Positions 26,297-38,962 of a stretch of 41,887 nucleotides of DNA are shown here, piece after piece (position 1 is the stretch's first letter; the number at the start of each line of letters is the position of its first letter). The stretch comes from Deltaproteobacteria bacterium. GTDB lineage: Bacteria; Myxococcota; Myxococcia; Myxococcales; 40CM-4-68-19. The notes below the pieces were generated by a model. It searched no databases. It had not been told where the DNA came from and saw only the letters and a program-made list of their open reading frames with translations. Both the position numbers and the translations under genes were made by a program. The stretch is from positions 1 to 41,887 of the forward strand of contig JAYWAJ010000152.1 of the NCBI GenBank assembly GCA_043782525.1. Direction: 5' to 3'.

Positions 26297-27204
26297 TGCC
26301 CTCCGAGAGCCAGTTCATCGACGCCTTCCTCGCGCCCTTTGGCGGCGGGGAGGGCGTGGGCAGCGACTGCGCGGCGGTGCGCGTCGGCCGCGGGATGAAG
26401 CTGATCGCGACCACCGACGCCGTCGTCCAGGACGTGCACTTCACGCTGCCGGCCTTTTCGCCGGAGGACGTCGGGTGGAAGGCGCTGGCGGTCAACCTCT
26501 CCGACCTGGCGGCGGCAGGAGCGCGGCCGCGCTGGTTTCTCTGCGCGCTGGGAGTTCCCCAGGCGCCGCGCACGCTCCAGTTCGCAGCGCGGATGGCGAG
26601 GGGAATGTCCCGGCTGGCCCGGCGCTTCGACTGCGCGCTGGTGGGTGGAAATGTCTCCCGCGCGAAGGAGTGGTCGCTGACGCTCACCGCGCTGGGGGAG
26701 GCGCGCCGGCCGCTGATGCGCACGGGCGCGCGGCCCGGCGACGCGCTGGTGGTGGTGGGAAAGCTGGGCGACGCGGCCGCGGGACTGCGCGGAACGCGGC
26801 GCGGGCTCTCCGCGCAGCGGCGCCCGCTGCCGCTGGTGGCGCAAGGCCTGCTCGCCGCGCGCTTCGCGACCGCGTCCATCGACGTCAGCGACGGCTTCTT
26901 GCGCGACCTCGGCCACCTCTGCGCAGAGAGCCGCTGCGGCGCCACCGTCGAGGTGTCGAACTTGCCCTTGGGCCCCGCCGCCCGCTCCCGCGCCGACGGC
27001 CTCGACCTCGCCCTCACCGGCGGCGAAGACTACGCGTTGCTCTACTCCGTCCCCCAGCGCCGGCTCGCCGCACTCCGCCGGGCCCTGCCCTGCACCGTCG
27101 TCGGCCAGATCACCCGCACCCGCGTCATCACGCTGCTGCAAGACGGCGTCCCCCGGCTCGCACCTCCCACGACCGGCTTCGACCACCTCCAGTCCAAAAC
27201 CTGA
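26296..27204 (+). CDS. thiL: Thiamine-monophosphate kinase
   Basis: [32 protein letters not shown]; GTG overlaps upstream TAG. Confidence 0.93.
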
Positions 27205-27227
27205 GGCCTGAAGCCTGAGGCCTCGGG
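27200..27227. repeat. Heptamer array C
   Basis: CCTGAGG CCTGAAG CCTGAGG CCTCGGG; first unit contains the thiL TGA. Confidence 0.9.
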
Positions 27228-27242
27228 GCCGGCGAACCCGTC

Positions 27243-27271
27243 TTGATTCTCCTTCGGCCCCGTCTTACACC
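27243..27271 (+). promoter_or_regulatory. Sigma70-like promoter candidate for mfd
   Basis: TTGATT-17 nt-TACACC. Confidence 0.45.
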
Positions 27272-27316
27272 CCAGCCCCCCGCCCCGCGCCCCTTGCGCG
27301 GAGGCGGTCGTGTGCA

Positions 27317-30883
<3,567 letters not shown>

Positions 30884-30895
<12 letters not shown>

Positions 30896-30918
30896 GGCCT
30901 GAGGCCTGACGCCTGACC
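30884..30918. repeat. Heptamer array D
   Basis: CCTGACG CCTGAGG CCTGAGG CCTGACG CCTGACC; second unit contains the mfd TGA. Confidence 0.93.
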
Positions 30919-30991
30919 CCCCCCGGAAGTAAACCTTCCCCCGCCGTGTTCCCTCTGATATCCCCGGGCTTCCGCTAAAGGATCACCGCCG

Positions 30992-32008
30992 ATGAAGACT
31001 CGCCTCGCAGCCATCCTCTTCGCCCTCGCCGCCGCCTCCGCCTGCCACAAGGGCGAGGGCACCTCGAAGTCGGGTCCCGTCGTCGCCAAGGTCGGCGACG
31101 AGGTGATCACCGCCGACGAGCTCAAGCGCCGCCTCGACGAGACCAGCCCGTTCTTGCGCGCTCGCTACAACACCCTCGACCGCAAGAAGGAGTTTCTCGA
31201 GAACCTGGTCCGCAACGAGCTGCTCGCCCAGGAAGCCGCCCGCCAGGGCTTCGACAAGAGCGCCGCCGTCAAGGAGCAGATGAAGCGGGCGATGATCCAG
31301 GAGCTGATCAAGCACCAGCTCGACGAGAAGCTCACCGGCGCCGACATCGCCGAGGCCGACCTCAAGTCCTTCTACGACGGGCACCTCGACGACTTCGTCA
31401 AGCCCGAGCGCGCCCGCGTCTTCCACATCGTGCTCGCCGGCAAGGATGCGAAGGAGAAGGCCGAGGCGCGCAAGAAGGCGGCGGCGCTGCTCAAGGACAT
31501 CGAAGCCCGCGAGAAGAAGGGCGAGGTCAATGCCTTCCAGGCCACCGCCATCAAGGAGAGCAAGGACCCGCTCTCGGCGGCGATGGGCGGCGACCTGCGC
31601 TTTCTCTCCCGCGACGAGCTGGCCAAGGCCTACAGCGCCGACCTCGCCAACGCCGCCTTCGAGCTGAAGAACCCCGGCGACAAGGGCGGGCCCATCGAGA
31701 CGCCGGCCGGCGTCGAGTTGGTCAAGCTCCAGGTCAAGACCGTCGCGCTCAACCGCAGCTTCGACGAGAGCAAGGAGTCGATCCGCAGCCGGATGGCGCG
31801 GGAGCGCCGCAGCCGCGACTACGACGAGTGGATGAAGAAGCTGCGCGAGACCACCAAGGTCGTCGTCAACGACGCCGAGCTCGACAAGGTGCAGGTCGAG
31901 GGCGCGGCGCAGCAGCAGCAGCAGCCGGCCGCCCTGCAGCGTACCAACGCGATGGCCCCGCAGCAGCAGACGCCGCCGACGGCGGCGTCGAAGATCGGCG
32001 GGAATTAA
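30992..32008 (+). CDS. PpiC/parvulin-type peptidyl-prolyl isomerase, probable lipoprotein
   Basis: ASAC lipobox-like; VVAKVGDEVIT, RVFHI, GGDL. Confidence 0.88.
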   Translation: MKTRLAAILFALAAASACHKGEGTSKSGPVVAKVGDEVITADELKRRLDETSPFLRARYNTLDRKKEFLENLVRNELLAQEAARQGFDKSAAVKEQMKRAMIQELIKHQLDEKLTGADIAEADLKSFYDGHLDDFVKPERARVFHIVLAGKDAKEKAEARKKAAALLKDIEAREKKGEVNAFQATAIKESKDPLSAAMGGDLRFLSRDELAKAYSADLANAAFELKNPGDKGGPIETPAGVELVKLQVKTVALNRSFDESKESIRSRMARERRSRDYDEWMKKLRETTKVVVNDAELDKVQVEGAAQQQQQPAALQRTNAMAPQQQTPPTAASKIGGN

Positions 32009-32018
32009 GTAGAAGCGG

Positions 32019-32060
32019 CTTCAGGCCTCAGGCTTCAGGCTTCAGGCCAGAAGCCTCGGA
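32019..32060. repeat. Heptamer array E
   Basis: CTTCAGG CCTCAGG CTTCAGG CTTCAGG CCAGAAG CCTCGGA. Confidence 0.92.
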
Positions 32061-32068
32061 GTCTTCCG

Positions 32069-33046
32069 GTGCGAACGTTCGATGGCAGAAGAGGAGGTCG
32101 AAGCGCATGGGTCGCGCTCGGCCTCTTCGCGTTTCTGGGATTTGCCTGCAGGCGCGAGCCGCCTGCACCGCCTCCGCCGCCGCCCGCCGCGGCGGTGGTG
32201 AACGGCGCCCCGATTCCGGTCGCGCGGCTGCAGCTCGAGATCGATCGGCTGCGGCTGGGCGACGAAGGGGAAGCGAAGGTCGAGCCGCAGGAGGTGCCCC
32301 GGCTCGCCCGCGCGCTGCTCGACGGGCTCATCGATCGGGCCATCGTGCTGCAGCGGGCCAAGGCGGCCGGGCTGCAAGTCAGCGAAGCCGAGGTGCAGCG
32401 CGCCGCCGACGCGCTGGCCGAGGACGCGCGCAAGGGCGGAGCGGCCTGGAGCGACCAGCTGGTCCAGGCGAAGCAGAACACCGAGCAGCTCTCGGACGAG
32501 CTGCGCGAGCATATCCTGGCCGCCAAGTACGTCGCCGAGGAGACCGGCAAGGAGCGCGCCTCCCCGGCGGAGACCCGCGCGTTCTACGACACGCACAAGG
32601 CTGCCTTCGAGGAGCCGGAGGCGGTGCACTGCCTGCAGATCGTGGTCCGCACGCCCGAGGAGGCGAAGAGCGTGCTCGATCAGCTGCGGGCCGGCGTGCC
32701 CTTCGACAAGCTGGCCCGGCAGGTGAGCACTTCGCCCGACGGCAGGAGCGGCGGCGACTTCGGCTGGTTCCCCAAGGGGACCATGCCCAAGGTCTTCGAC
32801 GACGCCTGCTTCTCGCTGGGGAGCGGCAAGATCTCGGGAGTGGTGAAATCGCCGTACGGCTTCCACGTCTTCAAGGTGCTGGGCCGGCGCGCCGCGCGGC
32901 AGAAGAGCTTCAACGACGCCAAGGTGGAGGCGGAGCGGCGGGCCACGGCGGAGAAGCGCGCCCAGGCCGAACGCCAGCTCCGCTCGCAGCTGCGCGCCTC
33001 GGCCGAGGTCAAGGTCGACGAGAGCTCTTTTGCCCTCTTGCACTGA
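32069..33046 (+). CDS. PrsA/SurA-like peptidyl-prolyl isomerase, probable lipoprotein
   Basis: GFAC lipobox-like; AVVNG, GGDFGWF, SGVVKSPYGFHVFK. Confidence 0.88.
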   Translation: MRTFDGRRGGRSAWVALGLFAFLGFACRREPPAPPPPPPAAAVVNGAPIPVARLQLEIDRLRLGDEGEAKVEPQEVPRLARALLDGLIDRAIVLQRAKAAGLQVSEAEVQRAADALAEDARKGGAAWSDQLVQAKQNTEQLSDELREHILAAKYVAEETGKERASPAETRAFYDTHKAAFEEPEAVHCLQIVVRTPEEAKSVLDQLRAGVPFDKLARQVSTSPDGRSGGDFGWFPKGTMPKVFDDACFSLGSGKISGVVKSPYGFHVFKVLGRRAARQKSFNDAKVEAERRATAEKRAQAERQLRSQLRASAEVKVDESSFALLH

Positions 33047-33099
33047 GCGCGCCTTCGCGGTGTGCTTTTAAGCCGCCGATCGATTATCACTGCGCCCCT

Positions 33100-34038
33100 A
33101 TGAAACGTCTGCTGCTCATCTGCCTCTTCGCCTTCGCCGCGCGGGCCGAGATCAAGGACCGCATCGCCGCCGTCGTCAACGGGCAGGCCATCACGCTCTC
33201 CGACCTGGAGGACCGCATCAACCCCGAGCTGGCGCGCGTGCCGCCCGGGCCGGCCGGCACCGCCCAGCGCCAGAAAGTCCTCAAGAACGGCCTCGAGCAG
33301 ATGATCGACGAGCGCCTGGTCGAGAGCGAGGCGACCGCGCTCGGAATCGACATCACCGACGACGAGGTCACCCACCTCATCGAGGCGCTCGCCAAGCAGA
33401 ACAACCTCGACATGGCCCAGTTTCGCGCCGCCCTCGCCCAGCAGAACATCCCCGTCGAGAGCATCCGCGAGCAGCTCAAGCGCCAGCAGCTGACGCTGCG
33501 GCTGCTGCAGTACAAGGTGAAGCCGCGCAAGGTCACCGACGAGGAGGTGCAGGCCGCCTACGCCAACCAGAACAAGGACGGCGAGCCCGAGGTGCGCGCC
33601 CGCGACATCTTCGTCGCCGCGCCCGACGGCACCGCCGCCGAGGCGCTGGAGAAGGCCAGGGGCAAGGCCACCACCGCGCGCAACCGCGTCCTCGCCGGCG
33701 AGAGCTTCGCCAAGGTCGCGAGAGATCTTTCGGAGGGCCCTTCGGCTGCGGAGGGCGGTGACCTCGGCTACTTCGGCCGCGGCCAGATGCTGCAGGCCAT
33801 CGAGGAGGTCGCCTTCGCCTTGCCGGCCGGGCAGATCTCGAGCCTGATCCGCACCACCGGCGAGCACGGCGGCTTCCACCTCGTCATGGTCGAGGATCGC
33901 CGCAAGCTCGCTCCCAAGCCGCTGGCGGCGGTGCAGGAGGAGATTCGCAACCGGCTCGCCAACGAGTCGATCATGAAGGAGCGCGAGCACTACCTGCAGC
34001 AGCTGCGCAAGACGGCGCAGGTGGACCAGAAGCTGTGA
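33100..34038 (+). CDS. surA: SurA-like chaperone/PPIase
   Basis: Signal peptide, DRIAAVVNGQAITLSD, SEGPSAAEGGDLG; directly upstream of pdxA. Confidence 0.85.
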   Translation: MKRLLLICLFAFAARAEIKDRIAAVVNGQAITLSDLEDRINPELARVPPGPAGTAQRQKVLKNGLEQMIDERLVESEATALGIDITDDEVTHLIEALAKQNNLDMAQFRAALAQQNIPVESIREQLKRQQLTLRLLQYKVKPRKVTDEEVQAAYANQNKDGEPEVRARDIFVAAPDGTAAEALEKARGKATTARNRVLAGESFAKVARDLSEGPSAAEGGDLGYFGRGQMLQAIEEVAFALPAGQISSLIRTTGEHGGFHLVMVEDRRKLAPKPLAAVQEEIRNRLANESIMKEREHYLQQLRKTAQVDQKL

Positions 34039-34958
34039 CGCCCGGCGTCGCCATCTCGATGGGCGATCCGCTGGGGATCGGCCCCGAGGTGCTGGCGCTG
34101 GCGCTCGCGGACCCTGCGGTCCGGGCGGGGCTGGACGCGGTGGTCTTCGGCGACCGCGCCACGCTGGTGCGCGCGGCAGCCTTGCGCTGCGTGGCGCTGG
34201 AGGCTCGGGTGGTGCAGGTCGGAACGCTTTCCCCGCGGCCAACGGCCTCCGAGGCGGGCGCGGCGGCGCTGGGCTACGTCGATCGCGCGGCGCGGGCGGT
34301 GGTGGCGCGCGAGGCGAAGGCGCTCTGCACGGCGCCGTTGTCGAAGGAGCGCGTTGCGCTCTCGGCGCCGCAGTTCGTCGGACACACCGAGCACCTCGCC
34401 CGGCTGACCCAGGCGCGGGTGGCGATGATGCTGGCCGGCCCGCGCTTGCGGGTGGTGCTGGCCACCACTCACCTCGCGCTGGCGGAGGTGCCCCGGCGGC
34501 TGACCGTGGAGCAGGTCGCCTTCGTGGCGCTGCTCGCGGCGCGCGAGCTGCGCGATCGGTGGGCGATCGCGGCGCCGCGCATCGCCGTCTGCGGGCTCAA
34601 TCCCCATGCGGGGGAAGGCGGCCTCTTCGGCGACGAGGAGGCGCGCCTCGTCGCGCCCGCCATCGCCCAGGTCCGTGCCGCAGGCATCGACGCCACCGGA
34701 CCGCACCCGGCCGACGGCCTCTTCCCGCGCGCCGTCCGCGGCCAGTTCGACGCGGTGGTCGCGCTCTACCACGACCAGGGGCTGATTCCGGTGAAGCTGC
34801 TCGACTTCGCCGAGACGGTGAACGTCACCCTCGGCCTTCCCTTCGTGCGCACCAGCCCGGACCACGGCACCGCCGACGACATCGCCTGGCAGGGCAAGGC
34901 CGACCCACGTCCCATGATCGCAGCGCTCCTGCTCGCGGCGCGCCTCGCCGGGAGCTAA
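34035..34958 (+). CDS. pdxA: 4-hydroxythreonine-4-phosphate dehydrogenase
   Basis: MGDPLGIGPE, GHTE, LNPHAGE, YHDQG, RTSPDHGTA. Confidence 0.96.
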   Translation: MTPGVAISMGDPLGIGPEVLALALADPAVRAGLDAVVFGDRATLVRAAALRCVALEARVVQVGTLSPRPTASEAGAAALGYVDRAARAVVAREAKALCTAPLSKERVALSAPQFVGHTEHLARLTQARVAMMLAGPRLRVVLATTHLALAEVPRRLTVEQVAFVALLAARELRDRWAIAAPRIAVCGLNPHAGEGGLFGDEEARLVAPAIAQVRAAGIDATGPHPADGLFPRAVRGQFDAVVALYHDQGLIPVKLLDFAETVNVTLGLPFVRTSPDHGTADDIAWQGKADPRPMIAALLLAARLAGS

Positions 34959-34991
34959 AAAGCAAAGGCACACCGCGAAGGCCTCTAGCCG

Positions 34992-35975
34992 TTACTTCGG
35001 GGAAGCACGCTCGGTGGAGGGCGGTTCGGCTGGGGCGTTGCCCTGCTTGTCCAGCGCCGGGCCGAGGTCCTGGTTCTCCACGGCCTTGACGCCGCCCTTG
35101 GTGGACTGCACCTCGATGGAAGCGAGCGCCCAGACCGCGCCCGGAGGATCGCCGGGCCGCAGGCCGTCCTGGTCGACCCAGGTGGCCTCGATCTTCGCCC
35201 CCTTCCTGACGATGTCCTTGAACGCTTGGTCCGGGTCCTCGGTCCTTGCGAAGTCATCCACCGACAGCCCCGACCCGGTCTCGACCAGGAGCGTATAGGC
35301 CTGCACATGCGCCCGCAGCGAGGCCGCGAGGTTGTCGAGCGCGCTGTCGCCTGCGTACTGGCTCGCGTCGGTGGGCTGGAAGGTGGGCCCGCTGTAGCCC
35401 GCGGCGAAGACTTTCACCTTCGAGCCCGGCAGCCGGTCGAGCCAGGAGGGCGCGGTGCTCCTCGATCCCGCCGTCCACACCGCGCCGGTCACCGACGCGG
35501 TGGCCGGCGGGGCCGCCCGGCCGTGCACCGAGTCCAGGTCGATGGCCGCGAGCGCCCACACCGAGGCCGGCTCCCCGCGATCGCCGTTCTCGTCGACCCA
35601 GCTGGCCTCGATGCGCGAGTTCTGCAGGACGAGGTCGGTGGCCTCCTTGTTGATGGTCGCGCCGCCCGCGCTGGTGGCCGTCGCCCGGTCCAGGCCCAGG
35701 ACCTCGACGTGGGATCCGAGCGCCAGCGCCAGCTTGCCGCGCGCGTCCTCGTTGGCGTTGTTGAGCGCGTCCTGCGGCCAGTAGGTGGGCTGCGAGAACC
35801 CCACCGCCACCAGCTTGCCCTTGCCGTTCTCGGGCAGCTTCTCGACCCAGGCCGGGACGACGATGCCTTCCTTGTAGGGCTTTCCCCAGCGGTTCAGCTT
35901 CGGCTGCGGGCCGGCCTTCTGGCCGCCGCCGCAGGCGGCGCAGAGAATCACCATCGCGCAGGTCAGCTTCCTCAT
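34992..35975 (-). CDS. Lipoprotein with two tandem LPP20-like domains
   Basis: CAAC lipobox-like; duplicated PxW...G.S.PT...A...A...LA..L...IEAxWVD..G...VWALA unit. Confidence 0.8.
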   Translation of the reverse strand: MRKLTCAMVILCAACGGGQKAGPQPKLNRWGKPYKEGIVVPAWVEKLPENGKGKLVAVGFSQPTYWPQDALNNANEDARGKLALALGSHVEVLGLDRATATSAGGATINKEATDLVLQNSRIEASWVDENGDRGEPASVWALAAIDLDSVHGRAAPPATASVTGAVWTAGSRSTAPSWLDRLPGSKVKVFAAGYSGPTFQPTDASQYAGDSALDNLAASLRAHVQAYTLLVETGSGLSVDDFARTEDPDQAFKDIVRKGAKIEATWVDQDGLRPGDPPGAVWALASIEVQSTKGGVKAVENQDLGPALDKQGNAPAEPPSTERASPK

Positions 35976-35988
35976 CGCGAGCCCCTCG

Positions 35989-36026
35989 AAAAAGCAGCGG
36001 GCCGGCCAGTTCAGCCTGGCCGGCCC
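35989..36026 (-). terminator. Hairpin, possible weak intrinsic terminator or attenuator between LPP20-like genes
   Basis: Perfect 10-bp stem GGGCCGGCCA/TGGCCGGCCC with 8-nt loop; T5 tract 5 nt downstream on minus strand. Confidence 0.5.
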
Positions 36027-36066
36027 ACGAAAATCCTAGCAGATGGGACCGGGCCGGCCCAAGCGC

Positions 36067-36633
36067 CTACTTGGCGTGCTTGGCCTGCTCGGCGTCGAGC
36101 TCGTCGAAGGCCTTGTCGGCGTTGGCGCGCACGGCGTCGCGCACCTTGGCGTTCAGCTCCTTCATCTTGTCCATGCCGTTCTTGAACTGCTCCATGTCGA
36201 GCTGGGCGAGGGCGTACTCGGTGCCGTCGTTGTCGACCCAGTGGTCGACGATGGAGACGCCCGAGAGCTCCATGTTGGAGTAGGTCTTGAGGGCCTGCTC
36301 GACGTGCTGCTCTTCCGACGAGGCGCTCATGTCGCCCGCGGTGGTCGACGCCATGTAGTCCTTGTTGAGGACCGAGACGAAGGTGTCGAGCGTCTTGGCG
36401 ATCTCGGAGCGGGCGCGGGAGTCGGAGGTCGACCGGCGCATGGCCGCGTTGCGGATGCCGCTGGCAATGCCGACGCCGTAGAAGACCTTGCCCTTCTCGC
36501 CGCCGAACGCGCCCGACCCGCGGTTCACCCAGTCGGGACCGTTGGCGTGCAGAACCTGGTTTGACATCTGCGGCTTGTCGCTGCCGCAAGCCAGCATCGC
36601 GGCCACCATCGAAATTCCAAGGATCTTCTTCAC
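36067..36633 (-). CDS. LPP20-family lipoprotein
   Basis: MLAC lipobox; GPDWV, FYGVG, ARSEIAK, C-terminal helix AFDELD; GGAGG RBS before GTG. Confidence 0.85.
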   Translation of the reverse strand: MKKILGISMVAAMLACGSDKPQMSNQVLHANGPDWVNRGSGAFGGEKGKVFYGVGIASGIRNAAMRRSTSDSRARSEIAKTLDTFVSVLNKDYMASTTAGDMSASSEEQHVEQALKTYSNMELSGVSIVDHWVDNDGTEYALAQLDMEQFKNGMDKMKELNAKVRDAVRANADKAFDELDAEQAKHAK

Positions 36634-36711
36634 GTTTCCCCTCCGGAAGTTGGGGGCACCATCGCCTGGCGTCCCCGGCTATTGTCGCGGCGGCCGTGCC
36701 GACGCGTGGTT

Positions 36712-37815
36712 TTAGAGTCCCGAGCTTTCCTTCGCGACGAGCGCCGCCGCGAGATCGTTACCCGCGTCGAGCCCCGCCTCGCTCGCCGCGGCCTGCTGCG
36801 CTGCCTCGGGAGTGCGCCCTACTCCCTTGGCCTGTTTCTGCGACGACGCCACCACCGCGCCGTTCCGGGCATCCAGTGCTCGGACATCCAGCGCCGCCGA
36901 AGCGGCCACTTGCGCGAACACCCTGCCTCCGGGCGTCGAGCTGGCATGTACCACAATTACCCACGGCGTGCCCTGGGCCTTTGCCTCCGCCAGCGCCGCG
37001 TCCTCGCTCCCTCCCGCTTGCGTCCGCGCCGTGAAGCCCCTGGCCGCGAGCGCCTGCGTCACCGCTCCCGCCACCCAGTCCGGGGCGATGACGATGGCGC
37101 GCCGGACCTTCGACTGCGTCGCCGCCGCCGCATCCCCGGCCAGCTGCTTGAGCCTGCCGGAGGTGGCGATCTCGGTGTCGCCGGTCTCGACGTTCTGGGC
37201 CTGTCCCTTGAGCTGCGCGAGCACGTCCTTGAAGCGCACCAGCGCCGCCAGCACGTCGCCGGCCTTCGCTTGCGCGAGCCCGTCGCGGTAGCGGCCGAGG
37301 CCGGACTTCACCGTCTCCTTCGCCTCCTGCTGCTGCCGGTCGCGCTCCTTCTGGATCTCCGCTCGCGGCAGCTTGATGAGCGCCCACACGTCGTAGCGTT
37401 CGATGGTGCCGGAGCCCGCCTCCCGGGAGATCTTTTCGTAATAGACGTCGGCCAGCTCGGCGGAGCGGACCATGGCGGTGGCGCGGCTCTTCACCGTGTC
37501 CTTGGCCTTGTTCTCCGCCTCCTCGGTGCTCATCACGTCGGAGTGCTCGGCGCTGATCTCGACGCCGATGTACTGCGCCGCCTGCCCGCGCGCCGCCTCG
37601 ACCGCCGCCGCCTTGCCATCCTCCAGCGACGACGCGCCTTCTTTTGCGCCGGTAAAATAGAGCGTCTGCGAATCCGAGGTGGCCCGCGCCATCCAGGCCG
37701 GCGGCTTCGGCGACGAGCTGGTCTTGATCGCCCCCGGCTTGTCCGCACAGGCCGCGCCGACCAACGCGAGCGCAGCGAGCCCCGAAGCCCGAAGCCCGAA
37801 GCCCGAAGCCTGCAC
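36712..37815 (-). CDS. Lipoprotein with LPP20-like N-domain, helical middle and alpha/beta C-domain
   Basis: GTG overlapping upstream TAG; GAAC lipobox-like; PPAWM..LYFTG..ARGQAAQYI..YDVWALIK. Confidence 0.8.
   Translation of the reverse strand: MQASGFGLRASGLAALALVGAACADKPGAIKTSSSPKPPAWMARATSDSQTLYFTGAKEGASSLEDGKAAAVEAARGQAAQYIGVEISAEHSDVMSTEEAENKAKDTVKSRATAMVRSAELADVYYEKISREAGSGTIERYDVWALIKLPRAEIQKERDRQQQEAKETVKSGLGRYRDGLAQAKAGDVLAALVRFKDVLAQLKGQAQNVETGDTEIATSGRLKQLAGDAAAATQSKVRRAIVIAPDWVAGAVTQALAARGFTARTQAGGSEDAALAEAKAQGTPWVIVVHASSTPGGRVFAQVAASAALDVRALDARNGAVVASSQKQAKGVGRTPEAAQQAAASEAGLDAGNDLAAALVAKESSGL
37781..37815. repeat. Heptamer array F (inside signal-peptide coding region)
   Basis: CCCGAAG x4 + CCTGCAC on plus strand (CAGGCTT CGGGCTT... 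on coding strand). Confidence 0.88.
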
Positions 37816-38813
37816 TACTTTCCCCCGCCCGCCGCCGCCGCCGTCTGCTCGGCGAGCTTGGCCGCGTCCGCCTGCAGGCGCTTGATGTTGTCGAGCTCGC
37901 CCAGCATGTCCTTGTCGTTGGACATGCCGTACGCCTTGTTGATCATGTCGTTCGCCTTGTCGTAGTCGCCGGCGTACTCGTAGCTGAGGCCGAGGTTCCA
38001 GTAGGCCTTGGCGATCTGCGGGGCCTTGAGCTTGACGTTCTTCTCGCCGTCCTGCGCCGCCGCGTTGAAGGTCTCCTGCGCCTTCTTCCAGTCGCCGCGC
38101 TCGGCCCAGCCGATGCCGCCTTCGAGCTGCGGGATGTCCGAGTCCTTCTGGAAGCTGGCGTACATGAACTCCTGGTGCGGAACGATCGCCTTCATGAAGC
38201 GATCGAGCACCGCTTGCCGCGCGCCGCGCTCCAGGGTGCCGCGGTCGATGGGATCCGGCCGCTTGTCGAGGCCGCGGTTGGTGTCGTCGCGCTTCTCCTC
38301 GTAGGTCTTGGCGATGATCAGCCGGCCCGTCGAGACGTCGGTGATCCGGAAGGTGGCCCGCACCGTGGCCTCGCCCTTGAGCACGTGCCAGGTGTGCTGC
38401 ACGCCCTTGTCGTCCTTGAAGTGCTGCTCGGTGGGCTGCTCGCGGTAGTTGTCGGCGACGTCGCCGAAGATGAGCGCGCCGGCGGTGACCACCTTGCCCA
38501 GCTTGGCGGCCGCGTGCGGATCGGCCAGGTCGGTCGAGGAGAGCTGCAGCTCGCGCAGCACCTTGTCCATGTGCTGCCGGTCGACCACGGTGAAGCGCTG
38601 CGTGCCCACCAGCGCCTCCTCGAGGGAGTCGGACATGGGGCGATCGCCGTTGCCGCTCATGCCGCCGATGGCCACCGAGCTGTAGGGCGCCATGTTGATC
38701 TCGGCCGGCTTCATCACCGGGACGCGCACGGAGACGGTGCCGCAAGCAGCGCAGAGGAGCGCGAGAGGAAGCGCGCGGACCAGCGCGCGGACCGGATTCG
38801 ACGGATTCTTCAT
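37815..38813 (-). CDS. CsgG/HfaB-like lipoprotein with C-terminal TPR
   Basis: CAAC lipobox-like; RFTVVDRQHMDKVLRELQL..AAKLGKVV..LIFG, RITDVSTG; AYWNLGLSYEYAGDY TPR. Confidence 0.82.
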   Translation of the reverse strand: MKNPSNPVRALVRALPLALLCAACGTVSVRVPVMKPAEINMAPYSSVAIGGMSGNGDRPMSDSLEEALVGTQRFTVVDRQHMDKVLRELQLSSTDLADPHAAAKLGKVVTAGALIFGDVADNYREQPTEQHFKDDKGVQHTWHVLKGEATVRATFRITDVSTGRLIIAKTYEEKRDDTNRGLDKRPDPIDRGTLERGARQAVLDRFMKAIVPHQEFMYASFQKDSDIPQLEGGIGWAERGDWKKAQETFNAAAQDGEKNVKLKAPQIAKAYWNLGLSYEYAGDYDKANDMINKAYGMSNDKDMLGELDNIKRLQADAAKLAEQTAAAAGGGK

Positions 38814-38962
38814 GATTGATTTCCCCGAGGATGCAACGAGTTGCGGCATTGATCGGTAGCACCGGCCCGACGGAAGGGTCAACTTCTCTGTGGCCGCGTG
38901 GCCGCTTGCGGAGAAGGGTTGGTCAAGGTAGCAGGGAGCATCTCTTCGCTCGGGGTCACGCC

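Noticed and set aside
31908-31970. CAG runs (poly-Gln) at end of first PPIase
   Set aside because: Short in-frame low-complexity tail, unremarkable
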